The position numbers and the translations under genes are program-made. Shown here piece after piece: positions 25,455-35,600 of a stretch of DNA of 37,994 nucleotides (position 1 is its first letter; each line of letters starts with the position of its first letter). The notes under the pieces were generated by a model. That model did not search any database. It saw only the letters and a list, made by a program, of their open reading frames with translations, and was not told the origin of the DNA. The DNA comes from an uncultured Spirochaetaceae bacterium (GTDB lineage Bacteria; Spirochaetota; Spirochaetia; DSM-27196; SLST01): the NCBI GenBank assembly GCA_964437265.1, contig CAYTGY010000002.1, positions 344 through 38,337 on the forward strand, written 5' to 3'.

Positions 25455-26663
25455 TCAGTGTGCGCGAGTCCGCGTGCCGGCTTCCGGCTTCGTCACCGAC
25501 TCCAGCTCGGAGAGCCGCTCCAACGCTTCATCGCGCGAGGTGCCGCAGAGCTCGGCGGTTGCCGTAAACGCCCGGCAGACCGCAGGGTACTCAGGGGTTC
25601 CCCAGATCCGACACTCGCCGCTCCGCGGGTCCAGGTTGACGCATGCGACACCTGCCGGCTTGCCGTCCGGCATTCCGGGGAGAGGTGAAGAGATCGACGG
25701 TGCAACGCAGCACGCGGCACAACCGCGTCGGCATGCGATCACGGTGCGCCCGCCGGGTGTCCCAGGCGTTGCCTGTGACTCGCGTTCCCGGCGCTCGGCC
25801 GCCGCGGCAGATGCCGGCAGCAGAAGCGTTTGGTTGTGGTCACCCAGCTCCACGAAGATCACCGGAGGCGGACTCACCGTTGCGTGGCTGGGGCCGCGAC
25901 CTGTGCTGCCGCCCGCTACCAGGCGAGGCCACAGCGTTGAGTACAGCAGCTCAACCGCCGTTGCGAGCTCGGCTGCCGTGCCCGCAAAGCGGACCGCGTG
26001 GTAGCTGCCGGCCGGGCGCGTGATCCGGAAGAAACGGGCCGGTGCACCGCACGGCGCTCCGCAGAACGCCTGCACCGGGTCGCCATAGCAGACGCCTGCA
26101 ACCCGGTCCTCAGGTCGAAGGGCGTCGAGCATCCGCATCACGGTCTCCGACACCTCAACACCACTGGTCACGCGGACCTCGAGCTCAGCGTCCGCCTCAA
26201 ACGCCTGCGGCGCTATAGGGCACAGCGATGCCGGCACCGCGGCGCGATGCTCATCAAGCGGCCGCAGACGCAACCGATCGTCTATGCCGCCGGCCCGACG
26301 TGCGTCTGAGGGCAGCATCCCAAACATCCTGCGGAAGGCGCGGGAGTATCCCTCCGGGCTGTCAAAGCCGTGAGAGAGCGCAATCTGGGTGATCGGCTGC
26401 GTTCCGGCCATGAGCGGTTCTACGGAAGCGCTCAGCCTCCGGCGCATCAGATAATCATAGGGGGAGAATCCTGCCACGGCGGTGAAGAGGCGGGAGAAGT
26501 GGAAGATCGAGTAGCAGGCCGTCTCCGCCATCTCCGCCACGGAGAGCGGTGCGTCCAGCCGGTCTTCAACCAGCGCTGCAGCTGCAAGTATCCGCTGCTG
26601 TACGTCGCGTGACGCCACAGTAGTACCGCCCTGTCCGCGTGAGCCCATGCGCAGCGTCGTCAC
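25455..26663 (-). CDS. AraC-family transcriptional regulator fused in frame to a YkgJ/YeiW-like cysteine-cluster domain
   Basis: N-terminal HTH_AraC ('YSIFHFSRLF...YLMRRRLS...ITQIALSHGFDSPEGYSRAFRRMFGMLPS'). C-terminal 'CRRGCAACCVAPSISSPLPGMPDGKPAGVACVNL...CRIW...PAVCRAF'. The start overlaps the upstream stop (GTGA). Confidence 0.8.
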   Translation of the reverse strand: MTTLRMGSRGQGGTTVASRDVQQRILAAAALVEDRLDAPLSVAEMAETACYSIFHFSRLFTAVAGFSPYDYLMRRRLSASVEPLMAGTQPITQIALSHGFDSPEGYSRAFRRMFGMLPSDARRAGGIDDRLRLRPLDEHRAAVPASLCPIAPQAFEADAELEVRVTSGVEVSETVMRMLDALRPEDRVAGVCYGDPVQAFCGAPCGAPARFFRITRPAGSYHAVRFAGTAAELATAVELLYSTLWPRLVAGGSTGRGPSHATVSPPPVIFVELGDHNQTLLLPASAAAAERRERESQATPGTPGGRTVIACRRGCAACCVAPSISSPLPGMPDGKPAGVACVNLDPRSGECRIWGTPEYPAVCRAFTATAELCGTSRDEALERLSELESVTKPEAGTRTRAH

Positions 26664-27184
26664 TTAACCGGGATGCACATGACCAGCGTGGACTCGGACA
26701 GGTTGTCGATTCCCTTGTACCGCGAGTCGTAGCGGTTATAGATCCAAGTTGCGCTGCGGCGAAGCCGCTGTGTGCTGATCCACTGGTCCATCTCCGCGTA
26801 CTTCGACTCGTCGGTGATCTCAACGCCTGAGACAGTAAAACAGGCGGTGCGCGTGGCGGGAAGCAGCTTGATGAGCGCCGGCGCCGGGACGCGCGGAATC
26901 GCTCCCACGTCTCCGGGGGCGAGGTCGATCGCGTAGCCCACGAACACCTCGTAGTGGCCGGTCGCTTCTGTCTGCGGATGGGAAATGTGTGCCTCGAACA
27001 TGAGGTCCGGTAGCAGCGGGGGAGGAAGCTCCCCCGCGTGTTCGCCGTAGAAGCGCATATAGCGTTCCCAGAGCCGGCCAATCTCGTTCTCCTCCGTCCA
27101 CCCGGCACTCGCGGAAAACGGATCACCAAAGAAGCTCAGGCCTAGTAGGTTGAGGGCCGGTGTCTGCTCAATCTGCACTTCCAT
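26660..27184 (-). CDS. GyrI-like small-molecule-binding domain protein
   Basis: ATG 27184 with GGAG RBS. 'LLGLSFFGDPF...NEIGRLWERY', 'YEVFVGY' and 'RYDSRY...CIPVK'. Adjacent to the AraC gene. Confidence 0.8.
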   Translation of the reverse strand: MEVQIEQTPALNLLGLSFFGDPFSASAGWTEENEIGRLWERYMRFYGEHAGELPPPLLPDLMFEAHISHPQTEATGHYEVFVGYAIDLAPGDVGAIPRVPAPALIKLLPATRTACFTVSGVEITDESKYAEMDQWISTQRLRRSATWIYNRYDSRYKGIDNLSESTLVMCIPVK

Positions 27185-27205
27185 TGCGTACTCCAAACCC
27201 GGGTC

Positions 27206-27709
27206 TTACTCTGCCGGACCGTAGTCGATCTCCGGGAGCGGCTCATACCACTGCCCCCAGTCGGCGGGTACCCATTCAGGCTGTGCGTACTCTTTGACCC
27301 GGTCAATGCACCCATAGTATGGCTTCAAATCCAGAACCTGGGTACCCGCGTACGCATCGATCTCATCGAGCTCCACCTCGCCCGCCGCAACATCCACGCG
27401 CACTATACGCGCGGTGTTGAGCCCAATGGGGTTCGGCCTGACCGGCGAGCGAGTCGCAAATAGGCCGGCGGACACACCGGCGGCGTAGGGCAGGTCCATG
27501 GTCATGGGCACCTGGTGCCGGTACTCCGCATACCGGTCCGCCCACCACAACACCAGAATGTGGCTGAATCCCACAAGCCCGGTCAACGCCTCCCGGTACC
27601 GCTCATCCACGCGGATGTAGCGCCGTTCTCCTTCCTTCTCCACGGTTCCGATCGACGCTACGGTCAGGCCCTGTGTCTGTGATGCCGTGGTCCCTGTTGC
27701 GTTGGTCAT
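27206..27709 (-). CDS. trmO: TrmO/TsaA-like SAM-binding methyltransferase domain protein
   Basis: 'ALTGLVGFSHILVLWW', 'GLFATRSPVRPNPIGL' and 'IDAYAGTQVLDLKPY'. ATG 27709 with AAGGAGG RBS. It may be a paralog rather than the true tRNA methylase. Confidence 0.8.
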   Translation of the reverse strand: MTNATGTTASQTQGLTVASIGTVEKEGERRYIRVDERYREALTGLVGFSHILVLWWADRYAEYRHQVPMTMDLPYAAGVSAGLFATRSPVRPNPIGLNTARIVRVDVAAGEVELDEIDAYAGTQVLDLKPYYGCIDRVKEYAQPEWVPADWGQWYEPLPEIDYGPAE

Positions 27710-27788
27710 TCGACCCTCCTTGGTTATTGGTGGGTCGAAGGTACCAGCGGCGCGGCCGCACCGCTTGACCGATCGTGCGAAAGCCGGT
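27709..27788 (-). promoter_or_regulatory. Structured intergenic leader that sequesters the RBS of the TrmO-like gene
   Basis: mRNA UUCGACCC-ACCAAUAACCAAGGA-GGGUCGAA-UG forms a perfect 8-bp stem (27709-27739) over part of the SD and the A of AUG. A second hairpin, AGCGGUGC-GGCC-GCGCCGCU, lies at 27746-27765. Confidence 0.4.
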
Positions 27789-28676
27789 CTACAGCTCAAA
27801 CCCTAGTATCAGGTCGCTCGCGCGATCCGGCTGCAGATCCGCAAGCGCGGACCCGGAGGGTCCGGTCCAGTCCCAGCTTACCCGCATTCCTACCGTGGGG
27901 CTCAATCCGCTGATGGTGATCATTGAAAGCACCAGGCCGAGCTCGGTGGAGAGCGTGCGGATGTGCGCGTCAATGGTCTGTTCGCCGCCGGCGGTCAGCG
28001 CGTTATAGACAATGGCAACACTGTCGTACTCCACGCGACCGGTGAGCCCGAGCACCGGCGCGTTGATACGGGCGCCGCCGTTGACGCTAAAGGCGTTGGT
28101 CGCGGACTGCGCGCTCTCAAAGGGTGTTGCCTCCATCCCCGGTGAGATCTCGAGCGTCTGATTGAGCCCCACGTGCAGCCATGGCGCGTACTCGCCGCCG
28201 GCGCTCAGACGGAGCGGCCCAACAATGTACGTCGCCTCACCGGTTATCCGCGGCATGATGAGGGTGATCACGCGGTCATTGAGGATGAAGTACCGGGTGG
28301 TCTCCGTCCCGCCGGTCACGTCGGTGTAGCCGATCTCCCTGAAGCGCATATTCTCATAGTCCAGGTTGGCGGCCACCTGCGCCCGGGCGTGCTCGAATCG
28401 CCACCGAATCCCCAGAAGATCCACCGACGCCGCAAGTGTCTTGCCAAAGGTAGCGTAGTAGAGGCTCTCACCCTCCTCCTGCTCGGAGGTGTTCCTATAG
28501 TCACCGGCGATGCCTGAGAAGAACATCGGTGAGTACTCCCAGTCCAGCGCCAGGTGTAGATCCAGCGATCCGTCACGATTCGGGCTCACATCGAACTCAA
28601 AGGCGGTTGCCGGAGGCGTGGCCAGGACCAGGGTTGAAAGACAGAGCAGAACCGGTACGGCGGTTCGTCGATTCAT
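27789..28676 (-). CDS. Putative outer-membrane beta-barrel protein
   Basis: AGGAG RBS, signal peptide (ATA-F), alternating strands and terminal 'LILGFEL'. Confidence 0.6.
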   Translation of the reverse strand: MNRRTAVPVLLCLSTLVLATPPATAFEFDVSPNRDGSLDLHLALDWEYSPMFFSGIAGDYRNTSEQEEGESLYYATFGKTLAASVDLLGIRWRFEHARAQVAANLDYENMRFREIGYTDVTGGTETTRYFILNDRVITLIMPRITGEATYIVGPLRLSAGGEYAPWLHVGLNQTLEISPGMEATPFESAQSATNAFSVNGGARINAPVLGLTGRVEYDSVAIVYNALTAGGEQTIDAHIRTLSTELGLVLSMITISGLSPTVGMRVSWDWTGPSGSALADLQPDRASDLILGFEL

Positions 28677-28742
28677 CGGCTATCTCCTGTGGCTGTTCTT
28701 TAGGTCGAGTTAAGCACGCGCGGCTCCGGGGTGTCCAGGCTC

Positions 28743-30179
28743 CTACGGCGCCTGGAAGTAGAACACAAAGGGGCTATCGCCCACCCAAGTGGTTACGCTG
28801 ATGAACCAGAGCGCGTGGACGCTCGTGTCCGGTGGGCTCAGGTACCAGTCGTACTCGAAGGAATCGATCTCGAACCTGCCGTCGATGTCTTCGGCGACGT
28901 GCTCGCCCTCCGGGCTGGGCTTCTGCCCATTGACGCCGACTGAAAAGCGCGCAATTGCGTCAAAACCGGTGTAGTCCAAGACCTCAGTGTACTCGCCGGC
29001 GGAGCGGTCATAGTAGTAGAACCTGAGCTCGATCCGCTCGAGCAGATTCTCCTCGGAGAAGGTGAAGCGTGCCGATGGACGGTAGAAGAGATAGTTGCCA
29101 TCGGAGTCGAAGGGGTCGAGGAAGCTCACGTCGAATACCGCCGACGTCTCCCCGTCTACCGTGATGGTCCACTCAGGGGCAACCTGTTCGGGTTGAAGGC
29201 ACAGTTTGTACCCGGACTCCTCCTCCCAATACCACTCCCACCGCTCCGGAACCGCGGTCGTGAACGGCGCTTCAGGTCCGTAGGTGGATAGCTCCCACGG
29301 GTCTTCGCTGTCGATCTTCGGGTGCTTGATCTCTTCGCTCGGGTACACCTCGAGCACGCTTGCTCCCGACTCGAACTCAGCCACGCCGGGCCCCAAAGGG
29401 TCTCGAACGTGGATGTTCATCTGGTTCATCACCTCATCATCAAGCCGTGTGTCCGGCGGTGAGAACTGGCCGTTGCCTGCCGAAATCGGCTCGTAGAGGC
29501 CGGTGTGCCGCTGGAGATTCCAGTGTTCTCCCGTAGCCGGATCGTAGTTGTAGAGGTAGTTCTTGATGCTCCGCCCCACATCGTCCATGAGAGCGCGTTC
29601 TATCAGTTGATCCACGGAGAGCTCGAAGTACCCGTCGAGCGTGGTGAGGTCGATCGCCGCCTGCGCCTCATCGTCGAGCATCATCAGCTCGCCCAGGTCG
29701 ATGTCCGCAACTGCGTCCTCGATCGGTAGGGCGAGTAGGCTCTCCGCCTCGCCCGCGGGAATCGTGACAAAGCCCACCACCTGTTCAAACCGCGGCGCGG
29801 TCTCATCGAGCAACACCAGCACATACCCCTCACCGTCGGTGCGGGCAAACTCAAATGAGAAGGTGCCCTCCTCATCAGGCGGAGTGACCTCACCGTCGTC
29901 TACGCTGTCCGTACCCACATCACCTGCGACCACCGGAAACGCACCGATGCCGCTCACCGCCGAGGAGATGCTCCGGTCACCGGAACCGTCTTTGCCGCCG
30001 CCGCGAGATGATGCCGCCGGGGCGATCCCGGCGAGCGAGCCGGTCACGGCGACCGGATCACCGTCCTGTTTGGGGCGTGATGCGCCGCCGGCCCCGTCGC
30101 CACCTGAGGCGCAGCTGAGCAGACACACGACGACAATAAGGCAGCACGACGCCACAAACGTCGACGGGTAGGCCTTCAT
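28743..30179 (-). CDS. Hypothetical acidic lipoprotein
   Basis: ATG 30179 with AGGAGG RBS, lipobox LLS-C, Gly/Ser linker and a long ORF with genome-like codon usage. Confidence 0.7.
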   Translation of the reverse strand: MKAYPSTFVASCCLIVVVCLLSCASGGDGAGGASRPKQDGDPVAVTGSLAGIAPAASSRGGGKDGSGDRSISSAVSGIGAFPVVAGDVGTDSVDDGEVTPPDEEGTFSFEFARTDGEGYVLVLLDETAPRFEQVVGFVTIPAGEAESLLALPIEDAVADIDLGELMMLDDEAQAAIDLTTLDGYFELSVDQLIERALMDDVGRSIKNYLYNYDPATGEHWNLQRHTGLYEPISAGNGQFSPPDTRLDDEVMNQMNIHVRDPLGPGVAEFESGASVLEVYPSEEIKHPKIDSEDPWELSTYGPEAPFTTAVPERWEWYWEEESGYKLCLQPEQVAPEWTITVDGETSAVFDVSFLDPFDSDGNYLFYRPSARFTFSEENLLERIELRFYYYDRSAGEYTEVLDYTGFDAIARFSVGVNGQKPSPEGEHVAEDIDGRFEIDSFEYDWYLSPPDTSVHALWFISVTTWVGDSPFVFYFQAP

Positions 30180-30258
30180 ATCGGACACCTCCTGTACCGG
30201 TACTCAGATCATAACGCGCGCATGATGCTTCAGCAACCCGCGCAGGGCGTTTGGCGGC

Positions 30259-30285
30259 AACTCAACCAAAGTTTATGCGTGAGTT
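30259..30285. promoter_or_regulatory. Candidate operator (inverted repeat) between divergent lipoprotein genes
   Basis: AACTCA-N15-TGAGTT in an AT-rich patch of a GC-rich intergenic region. Confidence 0.25.
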
Positions 30286-30352
30286 TGAGGCGGATCCGAG
30301 CCGAGGTGATACCGTTTCCGGCATGACGACCGCAAGTCGTTGAGGAGGCGTT

Positions 30353-31666
30353 ATGTGCACCACCCGTGTGAACTGGGGTCGATTGACCGTCACCGTCTTT
30401 CTGGCAGTCGTGTTGGCCGGTTGCCTGGATCTCCGCCCGCCGGTCTATTCGGCGATTCAGGTGGGAGACACCGTGGCCGCACTCGCAGACCAAGACGGTA
30501 CGTTCCATGTGCTGTACTCGTTCAACACCACCACCGAGCGAGGCAACGGCGTCAGCTACGTCTACTACGCTACCGGGACTCCAACCGCCGGCTTTTCGAC
30601 CACCCGCGTTTTTGACGGAGACGGGAGTCCACTGTCTGTGGACGCACTGGCTCAGGAGAGCAATGGGACGCTCCATGGGTTTGTACGGCAGGGGCGGGTT
30701 ATCCATGAGCTAACGGGAAGCTCCGGCGGTAGCTGGTCCACCGCCGTCTTCTTTGAGAAGGAGGCCGGACCGGTGGGGCAGGCCTTGTTTGATGCCGACG
30801 GTGCGCTGCACGTGGTGCACGCAACCTACAAGACGGATACTCTGGCATTTGACAATCTTCGTCCCGCCTACAGCTACCGGACGTCGGGAGGTGATCTGAC
30901 CACCACGGCGCTCAGCGTAGGAGGGGGGTGGGTCGACGTCAACTATGGAAGACGAAGCGACATTGCGTTGGATGCAGACGGCCGGGCGCACGTGGTCTTT
31001 GGGTGTGAAGGGAACCCGTTGGTTCTGGTGGTACCAAAACTCTACTACACCACGGTGGAACCCGGTGGCGGTGCCGCGGCGGAAGCGGTGGTGCACTCTG
31101 GATCCGCGACCGGAACCGTGGATTGCGGCATCAGCATCGCCGGCGACGGCGTAATGGAGACCGCCCATCATGGCTATGAACGCGACTACGATGGGGTACC
31201 GCGTTGTCTTCGGTCCGCCGACGGCGGAAGCACGTGGCTGCCGTCCGACACCATGATTCACGACTGGCCGGTCGGAGAGGCGGTGGATCTGACAGGCGAT
31301 TCCGGCTACCGGATTCAGATTGAACACGATGATGCAAACGGGACGCACCTCGCCTACTGCCGCAACCGCATCAATGAAGACACCGGCGCTTCGGAGCCGA
31401 TTCTCTCCTACGCGTACCGGGCCACCGTCGGCCAGGCGTGGGAGCTGAGCGGTGACATCGTTGATACATATATGGGTCTTGCCATGGCGGTGGTTGACGG
31501 TGTTCCATACGTGTTTCATGCTCGCCCAACCGATGAGTGGCAGGAGCATCAGGGGGAGGACACCTACGTCTGGCCAATGTCGTTCATAGAGCTTGTGGTG
31601 ACGAGCAGGGCCGCGGATGGTAGCTGGCATAGTCAGCTTGTCCAGGATACCACGCTGCCCGAGTAG
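30353..31666 (+). CDS. Lipoprotein with BNR/sialidase-like beta-propeller
   Basis: GAGGAGG RBS and lipobox LAG-C. Repeats D-x-x-G-x-x-H-V ('DQDGTFHV', 'DADGALHV', 'DADGRAHV', 'DANGTHL') and an Asp-box 'RSADGGSTW'. Confidence 0.7.
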   Translation: MCTTRVNWGRLTVTVFLAVVLAGCLDLRPPVYSAIQVGDTVAALADQDGTFHVLYSFNTTTERGNGVSYVYYATGTPTAGFSTTRVFDGDGSPLSVDALAQESNGTLHGFVRQGRVIHELTGSSGGSWSTAVFFEKEAGPVGQALFDADGALHVVHATYKTDTLAFDNLRPAYSYRTSGGDLTTTALSVGGGWVDVNYGRRSDIALDADGRAHVVFGCEGNPLVLVVPKLYYTTVEPGGGAAAEAVVHSGSATGTVDCGISIAGDGVMETAHHGYERDYDGVPRCLRSADGGSTWLPSDTMIHDWPVGEAVDLTGDSGYRIQIEHDDANGTHLAYCRNRINEDTGASEPILSYAYRATVGQAWELSGDIVDTYMGLAMAVVDGVPYVFHARPTDEWQEHQGEDTYVWPMSFIELVVTSRAADGSWHSQLVQDTTLPE

Positions 31667-31750
31667 CGCACCCGGCGGCTTGTTTCTCACGCAATGATCG
31701 CCTACCATCGGCTACACCGGGCCTGCAAATTGGCCCGGTGTAGCGCACAG

Positions 31751-32665
31751 ATGGTAGTACGAATTCTGATAGAGGCGTTCTTTTTCCTCCTTGCGTTTGC
31801 GGCGCTGCCCGTGTCCGTGCTCTACCATCTCAAGAGTGGAGAACGGTGGATCTTCCCGTACATCGGCATTCAGCTGGTGGCCACCTGCTACGCCGGTATA
31901 GAGGTCCTCCACCTTGGGGGTCTGTCTGCTACGGACCTTGCGGTTGGAGAACACGCGTTTGTCGTAGCCATGATCATTCTGCGAGCGGCGCTGTTGGTGT
32001 TCGTCCCAGCGTTCATGGACTCACTCTTTGGCATTGCCGGACGCCGAATGCCGGTTTGTGCGTACGCGCTGATTGCCGTGGGGCTTCCGGCTGCGCTTGT
32101 CACTGAATGGCTTGTAGCAGGGAGTCCGGGCTATGCTTCTCCCACGCATCTTTCCGGGGCGGCTATAGCGGTGGGGCTGGCCGTTCACGTCTGGTTTCTT
32201 GCGTCTGCACAACGTAAGCAGCTTCTAGAGCCGATGAACGTGGTGAATTGGCTCTTTCTCACTTGTGCTCCGGCCTACGTTCTTTACCTGTGTGTGGTAA
32301 CGATCTACCCGGCCGTGACCGGTGCACCGTTTCGCGTTCTGGGGCTATCGGTTACCAATGTGGCGTACGGTATCTGGAACGCCATCTTCCTCTGGTTTAT
32401 CCTGCATTTCATCTCCACCAGGCCTCTCGACCCAGAGCCGCCTCCAGTTCCACGGTGTCCGTTCCTTCAGGCGCAGCTCACGGACCGCGAGCGGGAGATC
32501 CTGGAGATGGTTCTGCAAGGGATGAGCAATAAGGAGATTGCCCATCAGCTCGGCGTGAAAGAGAACACCGTCAAGGCACATCTGTTCAACAGTTATCAGA
32601 AGCTGAACATCCACACGCGTGTGGAGCTGGTTCGGTTGGCGTACGGTCACCCGGAAGACCGCTGA
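31751..32665 (+). CDS. LuxR-type HTH regulator with N-terminal multi-pass membrane domain
   Basis: About 7 TM helices, then 'LTDREREILEMVLQGMSNKEIAHQLGVKENTVKAHLFNSYQKL'. Start is ATG 31751 or 31694. Confidence 0.88.
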   Translation: MVVRILIEAFFFLLAFAALPVSVLYHLKSGERWIFPYIGIQLVATCYAGIEVLHLGGLSATDLAVGEHAFVVAMIILRAALLVFVPAFMDSLFGIAGRRMPVCAYALIAVGLPAALVTEWLVAGSPGYASPTHLSGAAIAVGLAVHVWFLASAQRKQLLEPMNVVNWLFLTCAPAYVLYLCVVTIYPAVTGAPFRVLGLSVTNVAYGIWNAIFLWFILHFISTRPLDPEPPPVPRCPFLQAQLTDREREILEMVLQGMSNKEIAHQLGVKENTVKAHLFNSYQKLNIHTRVELVRLAYGHPEDR

Positions 32666-32681
32666 CCGTACACCTCTACCA

Positions 32682-35600
32682 TCAGAACACGTTTGTCCGG
32701 ATCCCGAATCCGAGCCGGAACGCGGTGCCTGCCTCGACGTCTGAGGAGATGAACCAGAGCTGTCCCTCGGTGTAGAACCCAAAGGTATTGAACACCGGCA
32801 TCGAGGCCAGCTCGATTCGCGGGAACTCGAGCTGTGCCACCATTCCCGCAAGCACCAGCCCCTCCTCCGTGAAACCAATCGTGTCATCGCTCATGGTGAA
32901 GTAGGAGAAGTTCGCGCCGATTGCGATCGCTGCCGAGAGCCATTCAAGGTCCGGACCAAAGATGAAGCTCGCGGGGAAGCTGAAGACATTGGCCAGGAGT
33001 TTCGCGCCGATCACCAGTCCGCTGAAGCGCCCCGGGGGTGAGACGCCAATCTGTGCCTGCAGGCGCACGTTGTCGTCAAAGAAGGTGAGACCGGCTCCAA
33101 GGTCGAAGTACGTTGCACCAAGTGCGTGCGCGTCGATGTACAGACCCTGGACGAAGCTCGGCACTGAGTATCGCGACTTGTCGCCCTCACGCAGCACCAC
33201 CGCCACGTCTCTCAGCGCATTGTCGTCGGTTGTTACGCCGACAATCGGGACCGACTCGTCGAAGGCGTCGCGCTCCTGCGGCTGCAGGAGCCGAACTTGA
33301 GGCGGTGTCTCGTCAATGGAGAGCGTATGGCGGGTCACCGCGCTCGAGCCGTCGGCGAAGGAAGCACGCACTACCAGATACACCGGTCCGTCGGGTATCT
33401 CGGTTGTTTCAATACGGTAGCGCCACTTTTCGGTTCCGGACGCCACCTGGTAACTTCTGCCGTTGTCCATGCTCACCTCGACGCGCTCGAGTGCATGGTT
33501 GCGAAGCAACCGCTCGTTCGCATCTCTCACCGCGCGGTCCTCGCCCTCATCGAGCTCCAGTGCGTATCCGGCGCGACCGGTGAGGAACGGCCGATTGCGG
33601 ATATACGACTCGTTGGCCGGCTCATCGATCACGAGCCACGGGCCAAGCTCTGTGTAAGAGATCCGCGTCATTTCGCTAAACAACGGCTCTTCGGCGCCGG
33701 CTGGTTCGGCACGGAGCCTGAGCTCGTGATCGCCCTCGGAGAGCGTCCCGGGCTCGATGACCACGGATCCGTGGCCGGTCACGTCGGTCTGAAGCACCTC
33801 GAGCGGTTGGCCGTCTACCAGCAGGGTAAGCGACGAACCGGGGAAGGGGGTGCTTGCGGTCACCTGGAACTGATGTGAGAGCGCCGTGCCATCTGCAGGA
33901 GAATGGATCTCCGGGTTTGAGGTGAGCGCCGGCGGCTCCACGTGGATGTTCCGAGAGACGCGACTGGTGTTTCCCGCCCGGTCCTCCGCCTCAACCCGGA
34001 GGTTGAACCAGCCCGGAAGGATGTTGGACGCGTCCACTACATACGCAAACGGGCCTGGCTGGTCAAACGTGGCCAACACCATTTCCTCCCCGGTGATCTC
34101 CGGAGTGCTGCCGTTCCCGTCGTAGCTCAACGGCTGTGCGACCAGGCGCACCTCCGCCGGCGCAGAGTCATCGCTTCGTCCGTCTATGGTGAAGCTACCG
34201 CTTACCGAATCCCCGTCGCCCGGCTGCGTGAGCTCGAGTATTGGCGGGGTATTGTCAATGTTGATGGTGCTGGTGAAGAGCCCCACAGTCTGCGCCCCGT
34301 CTTCCGCCCGGACCAGCACCGAATGGGTGCCGTCCTCCACTTGGGTCGTGTCTAGTCGATACTCCCACGCCGCCGCCGTCTCGCTCTCGGCTCCCTGGGC
34401 TTCTCCGTCGGTTGGCTGATCAGGATCCGCGGCGTCCGGGACCCGCATCATCTGCGCACGTTGGAAGCTCCCGCCGTTATCGGTGCTGATATGTACTGAC
34501 ACGATGCCATTGGGGTCTTCCGAGCTTCCCACAATGTGGATGGTCCCGCTCAGGTAGTCTTCAATCGTCGGCTCAGTGACGGAACTCACCGGCTCGGTGC
34601 GCGAGACCACGAATGTGCGTCGTACCGTCTCGCTCTCCGTCCCGCCGCTGTCGAGACCGGTGACCTCGAGCGTGTGCTCCCCGTCCTCCAGCTCCTCCAT
34701 GGGAGCCGCTATATCGAAGACCCCGGTAGTCGCAACCTCTCTCGGCTCACCGCCGTCCACCGTGTACCGAATACGCTCAGGCTTGTCATCGTCAAGCAGT
34801 ACGCCTGAGATTCGAAACTCCTCGCGAACCACGCCGCCTTCCTCGGGGACCTGCAGCTGGAGCGTCGGGCGATCTCCCGCCTCATCAACGCTGAGGGCAA
34901 TTGTCGTTGTGCCGCGGTTTCCGGCTCGGTCAGTCAACTCAAAGGTTACCTCGTTGAGCTCCGCGGTGGCGGAGAACGTTACCACAACGGTTTCATCCAC
35001 CGGCAAGTCGGTTCGCTGATCTCCCGCCGTTGCAGTGATTGCGGTGGTTGTAGCCGGCTCGGATAGCCGCGCGATGACGGAGACGGTGCCATTTACGGAT
35101 GCACCTTCGGGCGGCGTCAGTCGATCTACCCCGGGGTTTTCCCGGTCCACAAAGAACGGAATGCGAAGCGTCTGGAGGCGGCCGGTGCGGTCTTGAGCCT
35201 CAACCTCTGCGGTAAACGGACCATCCTGTGCACCAAGCTCGAGTGGAACGATGTAGATGCCGTCTTGAGCGGGCTCCGCCCCCGCCCACCGGGTCTCCGT
35301 CGCCTCGCTCTCAGTTGCTTCGGCGGCGGACGGGGCGACCAACCGAACGCGCACCTGGGAAATGCCCGCCGGGTCCTCCACCGTTACCGGCACCTGGGTG
35401 CTTTGTCCCGCCCACGCGCCAACCAATGCCGCTTCCGCGGTGATGGTGGGATCCTCGAGCTCTCCGGTAACGGCGAACGGCGGTGAGGTCACCGTTCGTC
35501 CGCTCACGCTTGCGGCAACACGAAGCGTGTCCACATACGCGTCTCGGGTGGCGCTCACAGTCACCAGGGTACCGGCAGCGCGGACCGAATACGGTGAGCC

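Noticed and set aside
30725-30736. GGCGGTAGCTGG, identical to the start of the putative VR, as a possible DGR template repeat
   Set aside because: The match is only 12 bp, lies inside a coding region (SSGGSWST), and is not followed by AAC-rich sequence.
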